This document shows, piece after piece, positions 9,122 through 18,022 of a DNA stretch of 51,474 nucleotides; position 1 is the first letter of the stretch, and each line of letters starts with the position of its first letter. This DNA is from a virus. Taxonomy: Duplodnaviria; Caudoviricetes. Below the pieces are notes generated by a model. It made no database searches. It was not told the DNA's origin and saw only the letters and a program-made list of their open reading frames with translations. The stretch lies in the IMG/VR virus record IMGVR_UViG_3300024344_000022, positions 1 through 51,474 of that record, one strand, 5' to 3'. Both the position numbers and the translations under genes were made by a program.

Positions 9122-10623
9122 TATTCTATACCCGTGTTGCGTTCGCGTGTATTTCCAATAGGCTTGTATTGAAGATTTGTGCGACGAACTGTGAAAGGTT
9201 CATTTAAATTAAAATTGGAAAAACGAAGCATGGTTCGTGGATCGTAACCAGATAAATCTGAGTCCTGAGTTAATGCCGATACATCCGACTCTAATAATGA
9301 AGAATCCAAAACAAACGAACTATCCAGCAAACTGGCCACATTGCCCATTGTGATGGTTTCTGTGTTGGAAACAATACCGGCAGCAATTTGCGAAATACTA
9401 AGATCAAACGCCCCTTTGTTGTCAAACAATGTCCTGTTATACAGCCAGCGACATGATACTGCATCACCCCGAGGGGCAATGGAGGCCGTTTCAAAATACG
9501 CTTCAATAGCAGCTCCATCATCGTTTGTTCCACTGTCATGTTTATTAATCCGACCAGCAAAATCACCAGCATGTGGTAGGTCATCAATTAACGCTACACT
9601 ATCTCTTTCAAATCCACTATAGGGGCCAAACCAAGCATTCAAACGATATGAATATACAACCACACTATTCATTCTTGTCTGAGTGCTATCACCATAAGGC
9701 AAGAAGAACCAAACCTGTTCTTGTGCCGGATAATACAATGCAAACGAATAAGGCAATCGAGCTTTGTTTAGGTTCGGCCAATATCTATCGTCGAGCGCAA
9801 AGCTAACCTTTTCAACAGATGCACCACCTGACCATTGATATATGCCATCGTCTCTTACAAACAGCTGACGCTCACCAGGAACGGTAACAATGCTTTTCCC
9901 TGCAATCGTTCCACGTTGTGTGCGTTGTTGTTGCTGAAACGGTATGGTCGCATTACCTGTAGGCGTAAGTGTGTGTATGCCCTGCTCTGTGTGAATAGAT
10001 AAATAGTTTTGAAATGGGCGTAACCCCGTAATGTCATAACCTAATGAGAAAAAACTTAACGAACCCCAAGTTTCTATATCACCTGCATCGCTTCTCCATA
10101 TGCGATCTGCGGCTCCGTTTATGTTACCAACCCATGCCCTGTTTTCCCAAAAGGCTACCCACTTGGGTTTGGTGAACCGAGAGCTATCGTCGAGCGTTGC
10201 AGCGTTTGATGTTCCACCCGTCCATTTGATGCCGTCTGTGTCCTGACCGTTTACCGCAATCAATGTGCTACCGGCCAACACCCAATCCCACGTATAGTCA
10301 TCACCGGCCGTTATAGTCACACTGCCTGTTCGGTCTGTTGCTGTTCCACCCGTAACGTCAAAAAATTTATTGCCTGCAAAGGCAAACACTTTTTCTGTTC
10401 CAGCCAACACCACCTGACCACAAGCAGTTACTGTAGCACCGCTGTTCATTGCGGAACTGTTAAACTTTGCAAATCCATTTCGCTTTGACACTTCGCCAGC
10501 CAACCCTATGGTGCAATTTTCCATTTCAAACAAGCCGTCTGGTGGCATATCTTCAGCCGGTAAGCTGTAGTTTACCCCACTTCTCCAAGGGCCAAGGCGT
10601 AACGATTCGGCTGCAATCGGCAT
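9121..10623 (-). CDS. Tail nozzle / head-closure (stabilisation) protein, copy A (P22 gp10 / T7 gp12-like)
   Basis: 500 aa, beta-rich with WD-like blades, N-terminal G.N...ENC.....G...KR.G pattern, follows adaptor gene. Confidence 0.7.
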   Translation of the reverse strand: MPIAAESLRLGPWRSGVNYSLPAEDMPPDGLFEMENCTIGLAGEVSKRNGFAKFNSSAMNSGATVTACGQVVLAGTEKVFAFAGNKFFDVTGGTATDRTGSVTITAGDDYTWDWVLAGSTLIAVNGQDTDGIKWTGGTSNAATLDDSSRFTKPKWVAFWENRAWVGNINGAADRIWRSDAGDIETWGSLSFFSLGYDITGLRPFQNYLSIHTEQGIHTLTPTGNATIPFQQQQRTQRGTIAGKSIVTVPGERQLFVRDDGIYQWSGGASVEKVSFALDDRYWPNLNKARLPYSFALYYPAQEQVWFFLPYGDSTQTRMNSVVVYSYRLNAWFGPYSGFERDSVALIDDLPHAGDFAGRINKHDSGTNDDGAAIEAYFETASIAPRGDAVSCRWLYNRTLFDNKGAFDLSISQIAAGIVSNTETITMGNVASLLDSSFVLDSSLLESDVSALTQDSDLSGYDPRTMLRFSNFNLNEPFTVRRTNLQYKPIGNTRERNTGIE

Positions 10624-11321
10624 TATCCTATACTTCCTTCTGTGGGCTGAAAACTAAACTTACCAGAAATATGATCGTCTGACCTACGCATTCTGTATGA
10701 CCTGTTTCCTTGCACATTAAAGTTTTGCCGACCTGCTATTGCAATAACTCGTTCCATTTCTTGCTTGTCCGACAATGCACCCTGATCGTCACCTTTTTCT
10801 TGTTTATATAAAGCAGAAATGCCATGTATAAGTGCCGGCTGACATACAGGTGCTACATATGGATTTATAGAGTCGCTATCTTCAGATTCAGTAAACGTGG
10901 GTATAGAAGAATAATATCTATAGGCAATAGTATCTGTGCCGTCTGGCTCTGGATACAGCGTAACTTCGATGTTACCGCTTGCATCTACGCCATCAATAGA
11001 AACCCATCGAGGGTCACCATTTATAGAAGCATCAGGGTCAGCCGCATCAATATCCTGAGTAGACATGATGAGCATAACATGGTCTTCAGTAACATTACGA
11101 AATGAAAGAGGAGCTACTACGTCACTGGCCAACGAATACGTGCGAGTGCCGTTGGTTGTGCTAAAAGTAGAAGATTTAAACAGCCAGTTCCATTTTTCAC
11201 GCGAGGCTATGTCCTGAGTGACTAAGTTTAAATAGTCACGCGCCCCGTCTTTAAATGTGGAACTACCTGTATTCAGACCAACCCTTCTAAGGGCAATCTG
11301 AATGATCTGCAAATTTGTCAT
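10623..11321 (-). CDS. Head-tail adaptor / tail tubular protein A, copy A
   Basis: MTNLQIIQIALRRVG start, W.WL, T..G...Y.L, LYPEPD motifs typical of podoviral adaptors; synteny. Confidence 0.75.
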   Translation of the reverse strand: MTNLQIIQIALRRVGLNTGSSTFKDGARDYLNLVTQDIASREKWNWLFKSSTFSTTNGTRTYSLASDVVAPLSFRNVTEDHVMLIMSTQDIDAADPDASINGDPRWVSIDGVDASGNIEVTLYPEPDGTDTIAYRYYSSIPTFTESEDSDSINPYVAPVCQPALIHGISALYKQEKGDDQGALSDKQEMERVIAIAGRQNFNVQGNRSYRMRRSDDHISGKFSFQPTEGSIG

Positions 11322-11330
11322 TCGCTAACT

Positions 11331-11558
11331 CTATATTAGGTTAGCCCAGGAACCGCCTTCGTAGCCTTGAAACTTGTTGTCCGTAGAATTGTAAATAAGC
11401 ATTCCGTTAACAGCGGTGAGTGCGTTCCGTTCCGTTGTCGTAAGACTTGGAAGAGTAAACGACTCAGCCGCTTTAACGGTATCTGCTTCTACAGCCCCAA
11501 TCAACGCAGAATCTCCAAAAAATGAAGCTGCATTGACTTGTCCAAAAGTTTCTGACAT
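11331..11558 (-). CDS. Small virion protein with fibre-type motif, copy A
   Basis: LTTTERNAL...GMLIYNST...FQGY..G.W motif common in phage fibre domains; conserved in copy B. Confidence 0.6.
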   Translation of the reverse strand: MSETFGQVNAASFFGDSALIGAVEADTVKAAESFTLPSLTTTERNALTAVNGMLIYNSTDNKFQGYEGGSWANLI

Positions 11559-11978
11559 CTACTGATGTGCCGTAGCCGCTAACTGATCGAGATCGTATTC
11601 AGACAAGTTATCGCCATTATTGTCCAACCAGCGTTCTGTCCATATACGAACGGCTTCTTCACCACGCTCTTTAATGCGCGATGGAGGGTCAGGCACAAAG
11701 CCAGGTTCGTGAGTGACCTCACCAACAGCACGAACATGATTTCGCACTTGGCTGTTGGTAATTGGTGATTTGCGCTGACGAGTGTGCGTCTTGTCCAAGT
11801 CTAACGCCTTACGAATTGCATTTTTAGTCTCATCACTTCCCTTGAGTATAAGGTCAGCAATTTGATCTGGCGTAACACTGGCTGTTGGAGCTTCAACAGG
11901 TGTAGTGGACGTTACTTCTGCGATCTCATCAGGCAGGGTATGCTCTTGCTGTTTTTGCGGAGCCATACGTTTTGCCAT
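11559..11978 (-). CDS. Conserved hypothetical protein, copy A (139 aa; start reassigned to MAKRM)
   Basis: Homolog 46204-46626 begins MAKRM; the upstream extension overlaps a terminator hairpin. Confidence 0.8.
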   Translation of the reverse strand: MAKRMAPQKQQEHTLPDEIAEVTSTTPVEAPTASVTPDQIADLILKGSDETKNAIRKALDLDKTHTRQRKSPITNSQVRNHVRAVGEVTHEPGFVPDPPSRIKERGEEAVRIWTERWLDNNGDNLSEYDLDQLAATAHQ

Positions 11979-11997
11979 TGTTTTCTGCTTTCTTTTG

Positions 11998-12035
11998 TAA
12001 AAACGTGCAGCAGTAGTTTTACCCACTGCCACACG
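11998..12035 (-). terminator. Intrinsic terminator after the capsid/decoration genes, copy A
   Basis: 13-bp stem cgtgtggcagtgg/ctactgctgcacg followed by T5 on the minus strand; stem conserved with a compensatory change in copy B. Confidence 0.7.
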
Positions 12036-12047
12036 AAAAATTAAAGG

Positions 12048-12794
12048 TTACGGCAAATTCTGCAATACTACACCAGCGTAACCTGTAGTGTCTGGAGCAT
12101 ATGCAGCATAACCAACCAATGGTTCTGTTTCTGCATCTTTAGCATGAACTGCGCCAGTTACACCATCACTTAAGGTAAGGTTGTTACCAGCGGCAATGGT
12201 TCCATCTGCTAAGACAGTAGCAACACCGCGAGTCTGCACCCACCCGTAATAATTTACAGTAAACGATATTGGAGTAACACCGCAAACCACATAATCTGTG
12301 GCACTTGCACCAATAAGGTTATTCCATAAACCACCTGTAACGGCCACGTCAGTAGCAGTAGTTACAGCCACTTTTAAGCCGTCATACAAAGTAAATGTAA
12401 CTGCATTTGAACTTGCAGCAGTGCTTGACTTAATACGATACTGAAAACCTTCACCAGCATCATCGGTGGTATGAAGATAGCCACCAGCATACTGATTTAG
12501 CGTAGCCGATCCAACAGTACCCGAATCGGTGTATGTAACTTCAGTAGCACCAGCCGCTGCTGCCGTTAGCTTGTTATCGCTCTCAACAATAGCTGACACT
12601 GAAAGGTCTTGCGAAGTAAGCAATCCCTGTGCAGTAGCTGTGCTGAAATACGCATAACGAAACACACGACCATCAGACAACTCTAACTTTTCACCAACTC
12701 TATGTTTTGGCGTAGACGACTCTTCGTAGATGCTCTGACCGCCATCTCCTCCGATTCGATCCAACCCATAGTTGGCGTTTTGTATTGTACTCAT
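12048..12794 (-). CDS. Putative capsid decoration / minor capsid protein, copy A
   Basis: Immediately after major capsid, strong SD (AAGGAG); DGRVFRY and YGWVQT.G motifs typical of such proteins. Confidence 0.6.
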   Translation of the reverse strand: MSTIQNANYGLDRIGGDGGQSIYEESSTPKHRVGEKLELSDGRVFRYAYFSTATAQGLLTSQDLSVSAIVESDNKLTAAAAGATEVTYTDSGTVGSATLNQYAGGYLHTTDDAGEGFQYRIKSSTAASSNAVTFTLYDGLKVAVTTATDVAVTGGLWNNLIGASATDYVVCGVTPISFTVNYYGWVQTRGVATVLADGTIAAGNNLTLSDGVTGAVHAKDAETEPLVGYAAYAPDTTGYAGVVLQNLP

Positions 12795-12809
12795 TGTTCA
12801 TTCTCCTTT

Positions 12810-12851
12810 GTCCTTTTCTTCGGACTCGAAAGGCTCATTGGCTTGAACCTT
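12810..12851 (-). promoter_or_regulatory. Conserved two-hairpin RNA element between capsid stop codon and decoration-gene SD, copy A
   Basis: Stem aaggttca/tgagcctt with AGCCAA loop; covarying version aagacgca/tgcgtctt with the identical loop at 47535-47556. Confidence 0.7.
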
Positions 12852-12862
12852 GGAATTAACTA

Positions 12863-13849
12863 TTAACTGATACCAGTAATAACACCCTGGCGTCTACGGT
12901 TGTTCGTAACTACTTGCAGGCCAACAGTTATGAAGGCCACCTTAGCCAACTGGTTTGAATTTTCGCGGAATGGAGTCTTGCTAAAATTCATACCTGACTG
13001 CATGTGCATCTTCAAGTAATTGGTATTGAAGAAATACATACGACCCGATCCGCAGTCACGGTCATACTGCACCGGAATACCACGGAACGATGGCAAACGA
13101 CCATCTACGCCTGGTGAATCGTTACCCGAAAGACGCTGATAACCAGTGCCTTCAAATATCTCTTCAAACGAAGCATAAATAGAATTTGTGGTAAATATGT
13201 TTGTAGGCTGTTCATTGCCTTCGGACGTTGCATTCCAAAGGTTAGCCATACGAATCATACCTTCATAAAAGTTTGTTCCGGTAATCGTCTTAAATGACGT
13301 ATCGCCAGAAGCATCTTCCGTCTTGTTCTTCCACCACGTATTGCCAGCTACCGTAATACCACCCAACGTAGTTGGAGTCGTTCCCGGTGCGTCAGCAATG
13401 ATGTCTTGGAATCCTAACGGAGCCTTACCTGTCTGTGCAGAATACAACGAAGAGTTAATCTGATCGCGCAAGGTCAACATACTCTGACGAGTCTTGGCCT
13501 CTAATAGCGACATTGCTGCTTCGCGTTTGCGGTTTTCTTGCTCTTCGGTAAAGTTAATCGTAATAGGCACTGCGGCGTATCTAAACGGATAAAAAGCGGC
13601 CGTGATACCATCTACCGCATCTGTATTTAGCACGTCATAGCCCGAGAAATATTGCGCTGAGTTACCAGCATACAAAATATCTGCCTGTATTTCTTTGCCA
13701 CCATTATCGGTGACTAATGCTCCACCGGAGCGAAACATGTCTAAAGTTGGGTATGCGTCAAAAAAGTTATCGGTCAACTCTTTGCGTTTGGCCCGCATCG
13801 TAAGCGTCCAAGCCGCATCCCAGCTTTCTGAAGTTGTTGTTGCTGCCAT
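12863..13849 (-). CDS. Major capsid protein, copy A (328 aa)
   Basis: Follows scaffold; DNFF...PTL, GG.EI, GY..L, F.GIPV..D..C..G.MYF.NT.YL pattern of HK97-fold podoviral capsids. Confidence 0.85.
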   Translation of the reverse strand: MAATTTSESWDAAWTLTMRAKRKELTDNFFDAYPTLDMFRSGGALVTDNGGKEIQADILYAGNSAQYFSGYDVLNTDAVDGITAAFYPFRYAAVPITINFTEEQENRKREAAMSLLEAKTRQSMLTLRDQINSSLYSAQTGKAPLGFQDIIADAPGTTPTTLGGITVAGNTWWKNKTEDASGDTSFKTITGTNFYEGMIRMANLWNATSEGNEQPTNIFTTNSIYASFEEIFEGTGYQRLSGNDSPGVDGRLPSFRGIPVQYDRDCGSGRMYFFNTNYLKMHMQSGMNFSKTPFRENSNQLAKVAFITVGLQVVTNNRRRQGVITGIS

Positions 13850-13862
13850 TTTCTATTTGTCC

Positions 13863-14732
13863 TTATTCAAAACCCAATTTGGAAAGACCCGACAATACAT
13901 CGGAGTCGCTAAGTGGGCCGTCTCCTTCCGTTGCATCAACACCTTGCGTACCACGAACAGACCTTTTTGAGGACTTTCGTGCGGAATTATTAGCTCCACG
14001 CAGATCAGACGCTTTTTGAGCGGTAATGCCTGCATGTAACTCATACGCCTCACGAACTGTATACGGACTTCCTGTAACAGGGTTAGTAATCTTTGTAGTA
14101 GCAACAATCTGATCGGTATAAGCGTCCAGATCACCACCATAAGCCTGCCTTGCTTCACCTACTTGGTTGGCTATATACGCAGTTTGCTGACCTTGCACAT
14201 AATTATTGGCCGTAGACAGCTGTTGTTGTAACTGCTGAACTTGACTGTTCAAGTTATTAACAACATTTCCTACCCTATGCTGAATAATCTGCTCAACGGC
14301 ATCTACGCCTCGAGCTTCATCTTCAGATAAGTTTGCCCTCATTGCATCTACAGGATCTACTTGTTGCTGTTGGGGTGTAACAAGGTTTTGCACCCTATTA
14401 GCCCATTCGCCCTGTTGCGCTTCAATCTGCCTGCGCTGTTCTGCAAGATCCTGTTGAGTCCTGGTAAACTGTGCCTGCATGTTTTTTGCAAGCGGAACTA
14501 ACGGCTGATACTGCTCCGGCACATCGTCTGCTGAACCACGCAACCAATCATGCCTTTGTGGGTCAAAATCTGACTGTGCATCAGAGTGTCCAGAGCTTTC
14601 TGACTGTGCCGAATCAAGGGTGTCATCTGTAAACAGTTCAAGAGAAGATTCTGTTGACTGATCCTGAGATGATCCTACATCGGGTGACGAGTCTTCCGCA
14701 CCGGAGTCCAAAGCGAGTACTGATTCAGACAT
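13863..14732 (-). CDS. Capsid scaffolding protein, copy A
   Basis: Acidic disordered N-terminus, MQAQFTRTQQDLAEQRR coiled coil, position upstream of capsid gene. Confidence 0.75.
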   Translation of the reverse strand: MSESVLALDSGAEDSSPDVGSSQDQSTESSLELFTDDTLDSAQSESSGHSDAQSDFDPQRHDWLRGSADDVPEQYQPLVPLAKNMQAQFTRTQQDLAEQRRQIEAQQGEWANRVQNLVTPQQQQVDPVDAMRANLSEDEARGVDAVEQIIQHRVGNVVNNLNSQVQQLQQQLSTANNYVQGQQTAYIANQVGEARQAYGGDLDAYTDQIVATTKITNPVTGSPYTVREAYELHAGITAQKASDLRGANNSARKSSKRSVRGTQGVDATEGDGPLSDSDVLSGLSKLGFE

Positions 14733-14735
14733 TTA

Positions 14736-15134
14736 CTAATCTCCTTCGTTATATTTCTTCTTTGCCAGAGCCACTGCTTCTTCGGGTGTGTTACCAAACG
14801 AAGGAGTAGGGGTGTCTGACGAAGCAGAGTTTGCTACATCAGAGGTTATGTGACATCGAGAACCGCCAACTGCATCGGCACTTTCTCTCACGTTGTACTT
14901 TTTTAACAGTTCTTGTTTATGACTGTACGACTCTACAACCTGACCAAAGCCTGCATGAAACTTACCATACATATTGCTGTGTGAGTTATGGATGAAGTTG
15001 CTCTTTATAAACAACATGTTAGCATCTTTTTCACACTGGTCGCATTTGATCTTACGTTTAATATTATTAGAATCGTTTTGTATGTCAAGCTGACGATGTC
15101 CGTCTTCGCATTCGTAATCGTGAAATACCAGCAT
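14736..15134 (-). CDS. FmdB-like zinc-ribbon protein, copy A
   Basis: HDYEC..GH ... C..C motif; located between portal and scaffold. Confidence 0.65.
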   Translation of the reverse strand: MLVFHDYECEDGHRQLDIQNDSNNIKRKIKCDQCEKDANMLFIKSNFIHNSHSNMYGKFHAGFGQVVESYSHKQELLKKYNVRESADAVGGSRCHITSDVANSASSDTPTPSFGNTPEEAVALAKKKYNEGD

Positions 15135-15862
15135 TATTGACCTGTAGGCGGTTTATACATTTTTCTATCTGAATAAAATTGTTGGCGTGGATTTTGTTTT
15201 TTTATTTTTTTCATGAGTTGTGAAATATCATAGTCTGGAGATGCCATATTTTTTAACGCTTGTTTTTTAACTTCACTATATATTTGTTTTCCTGTCATTT
15301 GGTCATCAGGAAAATAATCGTCTGGTCTAATATCGTTTTCTTTCATTGCGCGTTCGGTGTGTATCCGCGCAATTAATTCTTTGTTTTTTTGTATAGTTTC
15401 TGGCGAAGTAGGTATAGCTTCTTTTGGTAATATGTTTCTCTCTTTTAAAGAGGCCGTGTCTTGACGAGTATACGTTATTCCTGATTTTGGATCAGTATAG
15501 TAAGCCTCTGGAGAAACACCTTCGCCTTTGCGTATTTGTTCATCAGATAAATCAATGCCTCTTATATTTAAATCATCATAAATTCCTGTTCTTAGTCGAT
15601 TTCCCGATTCAACCATCCCTGATCCTGTTGTTGCCATTGGATCAGATTGTCCAAAAGCCTGTCGCTCAATGCCTTCATACTCAGGATTTGGCACTAACTC
15701 TCTAAATTGTCCTCCATACTTTAACGCACTTTCATCTGTGTTTTTAGTAAGCCAATCAGGAATAGGCTTATCTCTGTAATGTATACGTGTGCCTTTAGAC
15801 TTTTGTTCTTTTGGCAAAGCCCCTCTAAGCTTTCTGCCAGCATCTTTTAGTGCGCCTAACAT
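15134..15862 (-). CDS. Hypothetical protein present only in copy A (242 aa)
   Basis: TAATG-coupled on both sides; absent at the equivalent junction 49839. Confidence 0.8.
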   Translation of the reverse strand: MLGALKDAGRKLRGALPKEQKSKGTRIHYRDKPIPDWLTKNTDESALKYGGQFRELVPNPEYEGIERQAFGQSDPMATTGSGMVESGNRLRTGIYDDLNIRGIDLSDEQIRKGEGVSPEAYYTDPKSGITYTRQDTASLKERNILPKEAIPTSPETIQKNKELIARIHTERAMKENDIRPDDYFPDDQMTGKQIYSEVKKQALKNMASPDYDISQLMKKIKKQNPRQQFYSDRKMYKPPTGQ

Positions 15863-17904
15863 TATCCTTGACCCGGTGCATTCTGTATAGCCTGAGAAAC
15901 TTCTTGAGCTTGGCTACGTACAAGTGACGTAATATTACCTTCCGCTACTCCGGCATTACTACCACCACCGCCACCAGCTTGAGGTGCTTGACCTTGAGCC
16001 ATTTGGTTCAGCATTTGCTGATGTTGCTGGATATGGTTTTGCACTACACCCATAACCTGCTGTTGTTGCTGTGGAAGTAATTGTTGAAACTGTGGAAGTT
16101 GTTGTATTTGCTGATGATACTGTATATGCAACTGATGATCTTCAAAAGGCGTAACCCCAGGATCACCGCCATTAATAAGATAGGCTACGTTTTCTAACTG
16201 AGCCGCTTTTACTGCATCGCCGTCTTCAGCGTTACCCAGATATTTGTCAGGGTCTTGCACACGGAAAGAAGCCAATAAACCTTTAATGGCTTCAATGCGG
16301 TTTATTTCTGGCAAGTTAATTGTCATGTTAAAAAGCTGTAGTGCATCCTGACGTTCAAGCTGTTCCGTCAACGGCTGCATACTACCAGCCTGTATTTCTA
16401 TTTTGTATCGTATCCGCAAAAGGTCTGCCGTAACTGCTTCAAAAACAGGATCTTCCGTGTCTTGAGCTACGTTAACCAAAAACTCATCAGGCAAATATCT
16501 TTCATCAGCCATCATACGCAATGAGTTACGAACAATAGACCGATACGCATCGGCTACACGCAACTGCATCCACTCGCGGTTTACTTGTGCAAAGCTTGCA
16601 GACAAACTTGCCTGTGTTGCCGTAACTCTTGGGCCACCCATTGCCATCTGCGATACGTTTAGACTTTGCTCTTCATAACTTTGTGCATCCGACTCTAAAC
16701 CCAACTGATCTGGTGGAGGGTTACCAAAGTTCATTTCACGCATACTGGTATTGGGATCTTCTACCCATATGATCTCACCGTCACGACCGTTTTCTAACGT
16801 ATCGCCAATGTCCTGATTTGCTTCACGTTCTCTTCGAGAAGCTAAAACTACACGTTGGAAACGCTTTAACAGATCGGCTCTGCGTGATACAGACTCTACT
16901 ATAAGTGACTGTGTATCCTCAACATACGCCATTGGAGGTTCGCCATAAAACGAACGTTCGGTCTGATCAAACCGCAGTGCGTGGTATGGAAAACCACCAT
17001 CCATCAGGTATCCACCGGCAGGCTCAAACTCGCCTGTCATCATTTGTTCGCCAGTAAAAGGATCAGTCTCTGTAATTGGTTTCATTGCCAAAAACGGATG
17101 ATCTACTTCTTCAATAGGTTCATCCAATCCTTCGGCAAACGTAATACGCTTTTTATGCAGACGGTCATGCACTTCATACAAACAAACCATCTGACCCTGT
17201 TTAGAATGCTGCACCGCATTGTATTCATCGCTATGCTCAGAGTCTTGCATATCGTATATAAACGAATCAGCCTGATCTTCATCTGACATCGCTTTTATCT
17301 GCCGTCTGTTTTTAAACCTGTCATCCTCTTTAACAAACTCTAAAGGAACCATCATTTTTTCAATGATATACCGTGCGCCTGACAATTTGTGCGGAGGAGT
17401 AAGCGGATCAATGTATATATTAAAAGGCGAAACTCGATGTACGTAAGGAAAATCGTTTTCCTGAGCATCGTTAATAGTATACGGTGCAACAATATCGTCA
17501 TCACCCGGAGGGTTATATCCAAACTTTAACCAACCTACACTACAAAACAGCGCATCAAAAATAACCTGCTGCACTTCTCTTTTGGCATTCATCTGTTCTA
17601 ATGTAGCATTAGCCACACGTTCCAGTATTTCAGCCGCAAAGTCTCTACCAGGTTCCTCAACTTTAAAAAAAACATGAGGATAATTAAAAGAAACACTGGC
17701 TATGATCTGACGGGCGAGTGGATACATACGGGATATTTTAACAATCTTATCCTCGTCAAGGTTTGGAACGTCAAAATCAAGCTCATATGTCTTGAGAAGC
17801 CTACGCCACGTTTTGTGGCGCGTCTTCATGTATTTTCGACCGTCCTCTATAGCTCCACGCCAGTATTCGATCTGTCTTTCTTTCAAACTATTTGCCTTTG
17901 CCAC
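15862..17904 (-). CDS. Portal protein, copy A
   Basis: 680 aa downstream of terminase; G.LK.GY, RVSPF..Y.DP, TATQA motifs and Gln-rich C-terminal barrel as in P22-like portals. Confidence 0.85.
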   Translation of the reverse strand: MAKANSLKERQIEYWRGAIEDGRKYMKTRHKTWRRLLKTYELDFDVPNLDEDKIVKISRMYPLARQIIASVSFNYPHVFFKVEEPGRDFAAEILERVANATLEQMNAKREVQQVIFDALFCSVGWLKFGYNPPGDDDIVAPYTINDAQENDFPYVHRVSPFNIYIDPLTPPHKLSGARYIIEKMMVPLEFVKEDDRFKNRRQIKAMSDEDQADSFIYDMQDSEHSDEYNAVQHSKQGQMVCLYEVHDRLHKKRITFAEGLDEPIEEVDHPFLAMKPITETDPFTGEQMMTGEFEPAGGYLMDGGFPYHALRFDQTERSFYGEPPMAYVEDTQSLIVESVSRRADLLKRFQRVVLASRREREANQDIGDTLENGRDGEIIWVEDPNTSMREMNFGNPPPDQLGLESDAQSYEEQSLNVSQMAMGGPRVTATQASLSASFAQVNREWMQLRVADAYRSIVRNSLRMMADERYLPDEFLVNVAQDTEDPVFEAVTADLLRIRYKIEIQAGSMQPLTEQLERQDALQLFNMTINLPEINRIEAIKGLLASFRVQDPDKYLGNAEDGDAVKAAQLENVAYLINGGDPGVTPFEDHQLHIQYHQQIQQLPQFQQLLPQQQQQVMGVVQNHIQQHQQMLNQMAQGQAPQAGGGGGSNAGVAEGNITSLVRSQAQEVSQAIQNAPGQG

Positions 17905-18007
17905 CCTTTTTAAGGTTGTCTGACCCAGCAGCTTTTGGCGTTACACGAGTACCTTTTTTGCCACGGTTTGGCTTAGTCGTTGTTGGCGTACCGTTAAAAC
18001 CTTGCAT
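17888..18007 (-). CDS. Small basic protein (39 aa, MQGFNGTPTTTKPNRGKKG...)
   Basis: Read by hand; AAGGAG SD upstream; fills the terminase-portal gap. Confidence 0.65.
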   Translation of the reverse strand: MQGFNGTPTTTKPNRGKKGTRVTPKAAGSDNLKKGGKGK

Positions 18008-18022
18008 ATTTTTATCTCCTTG

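Larger units (their letters stand above)
1..17494. repeat. Copy A of a diverged direct duplication of the structural operon (pairs with 35482-51474)
   Basis: Gene-by-gene colinear homology with 35482-51474; 1-127 identical to 35482-35608; 17461-17470 matches 51441-51450. Confidence 0.95.

Noticed and set aside
11979-12032. N-terminal extension of the 157-aa ORF
   Set aside because: Overlaps the terminator hairpin and is absent in copy B.
12850-12865. Stop read-through or frameshift producing a capsid-decoration fusion
   Set aside because: Tandem stops in both copies (TAA TAG; TAA TAA), no evident slippery site, and the downstream gene has its own strong SD.
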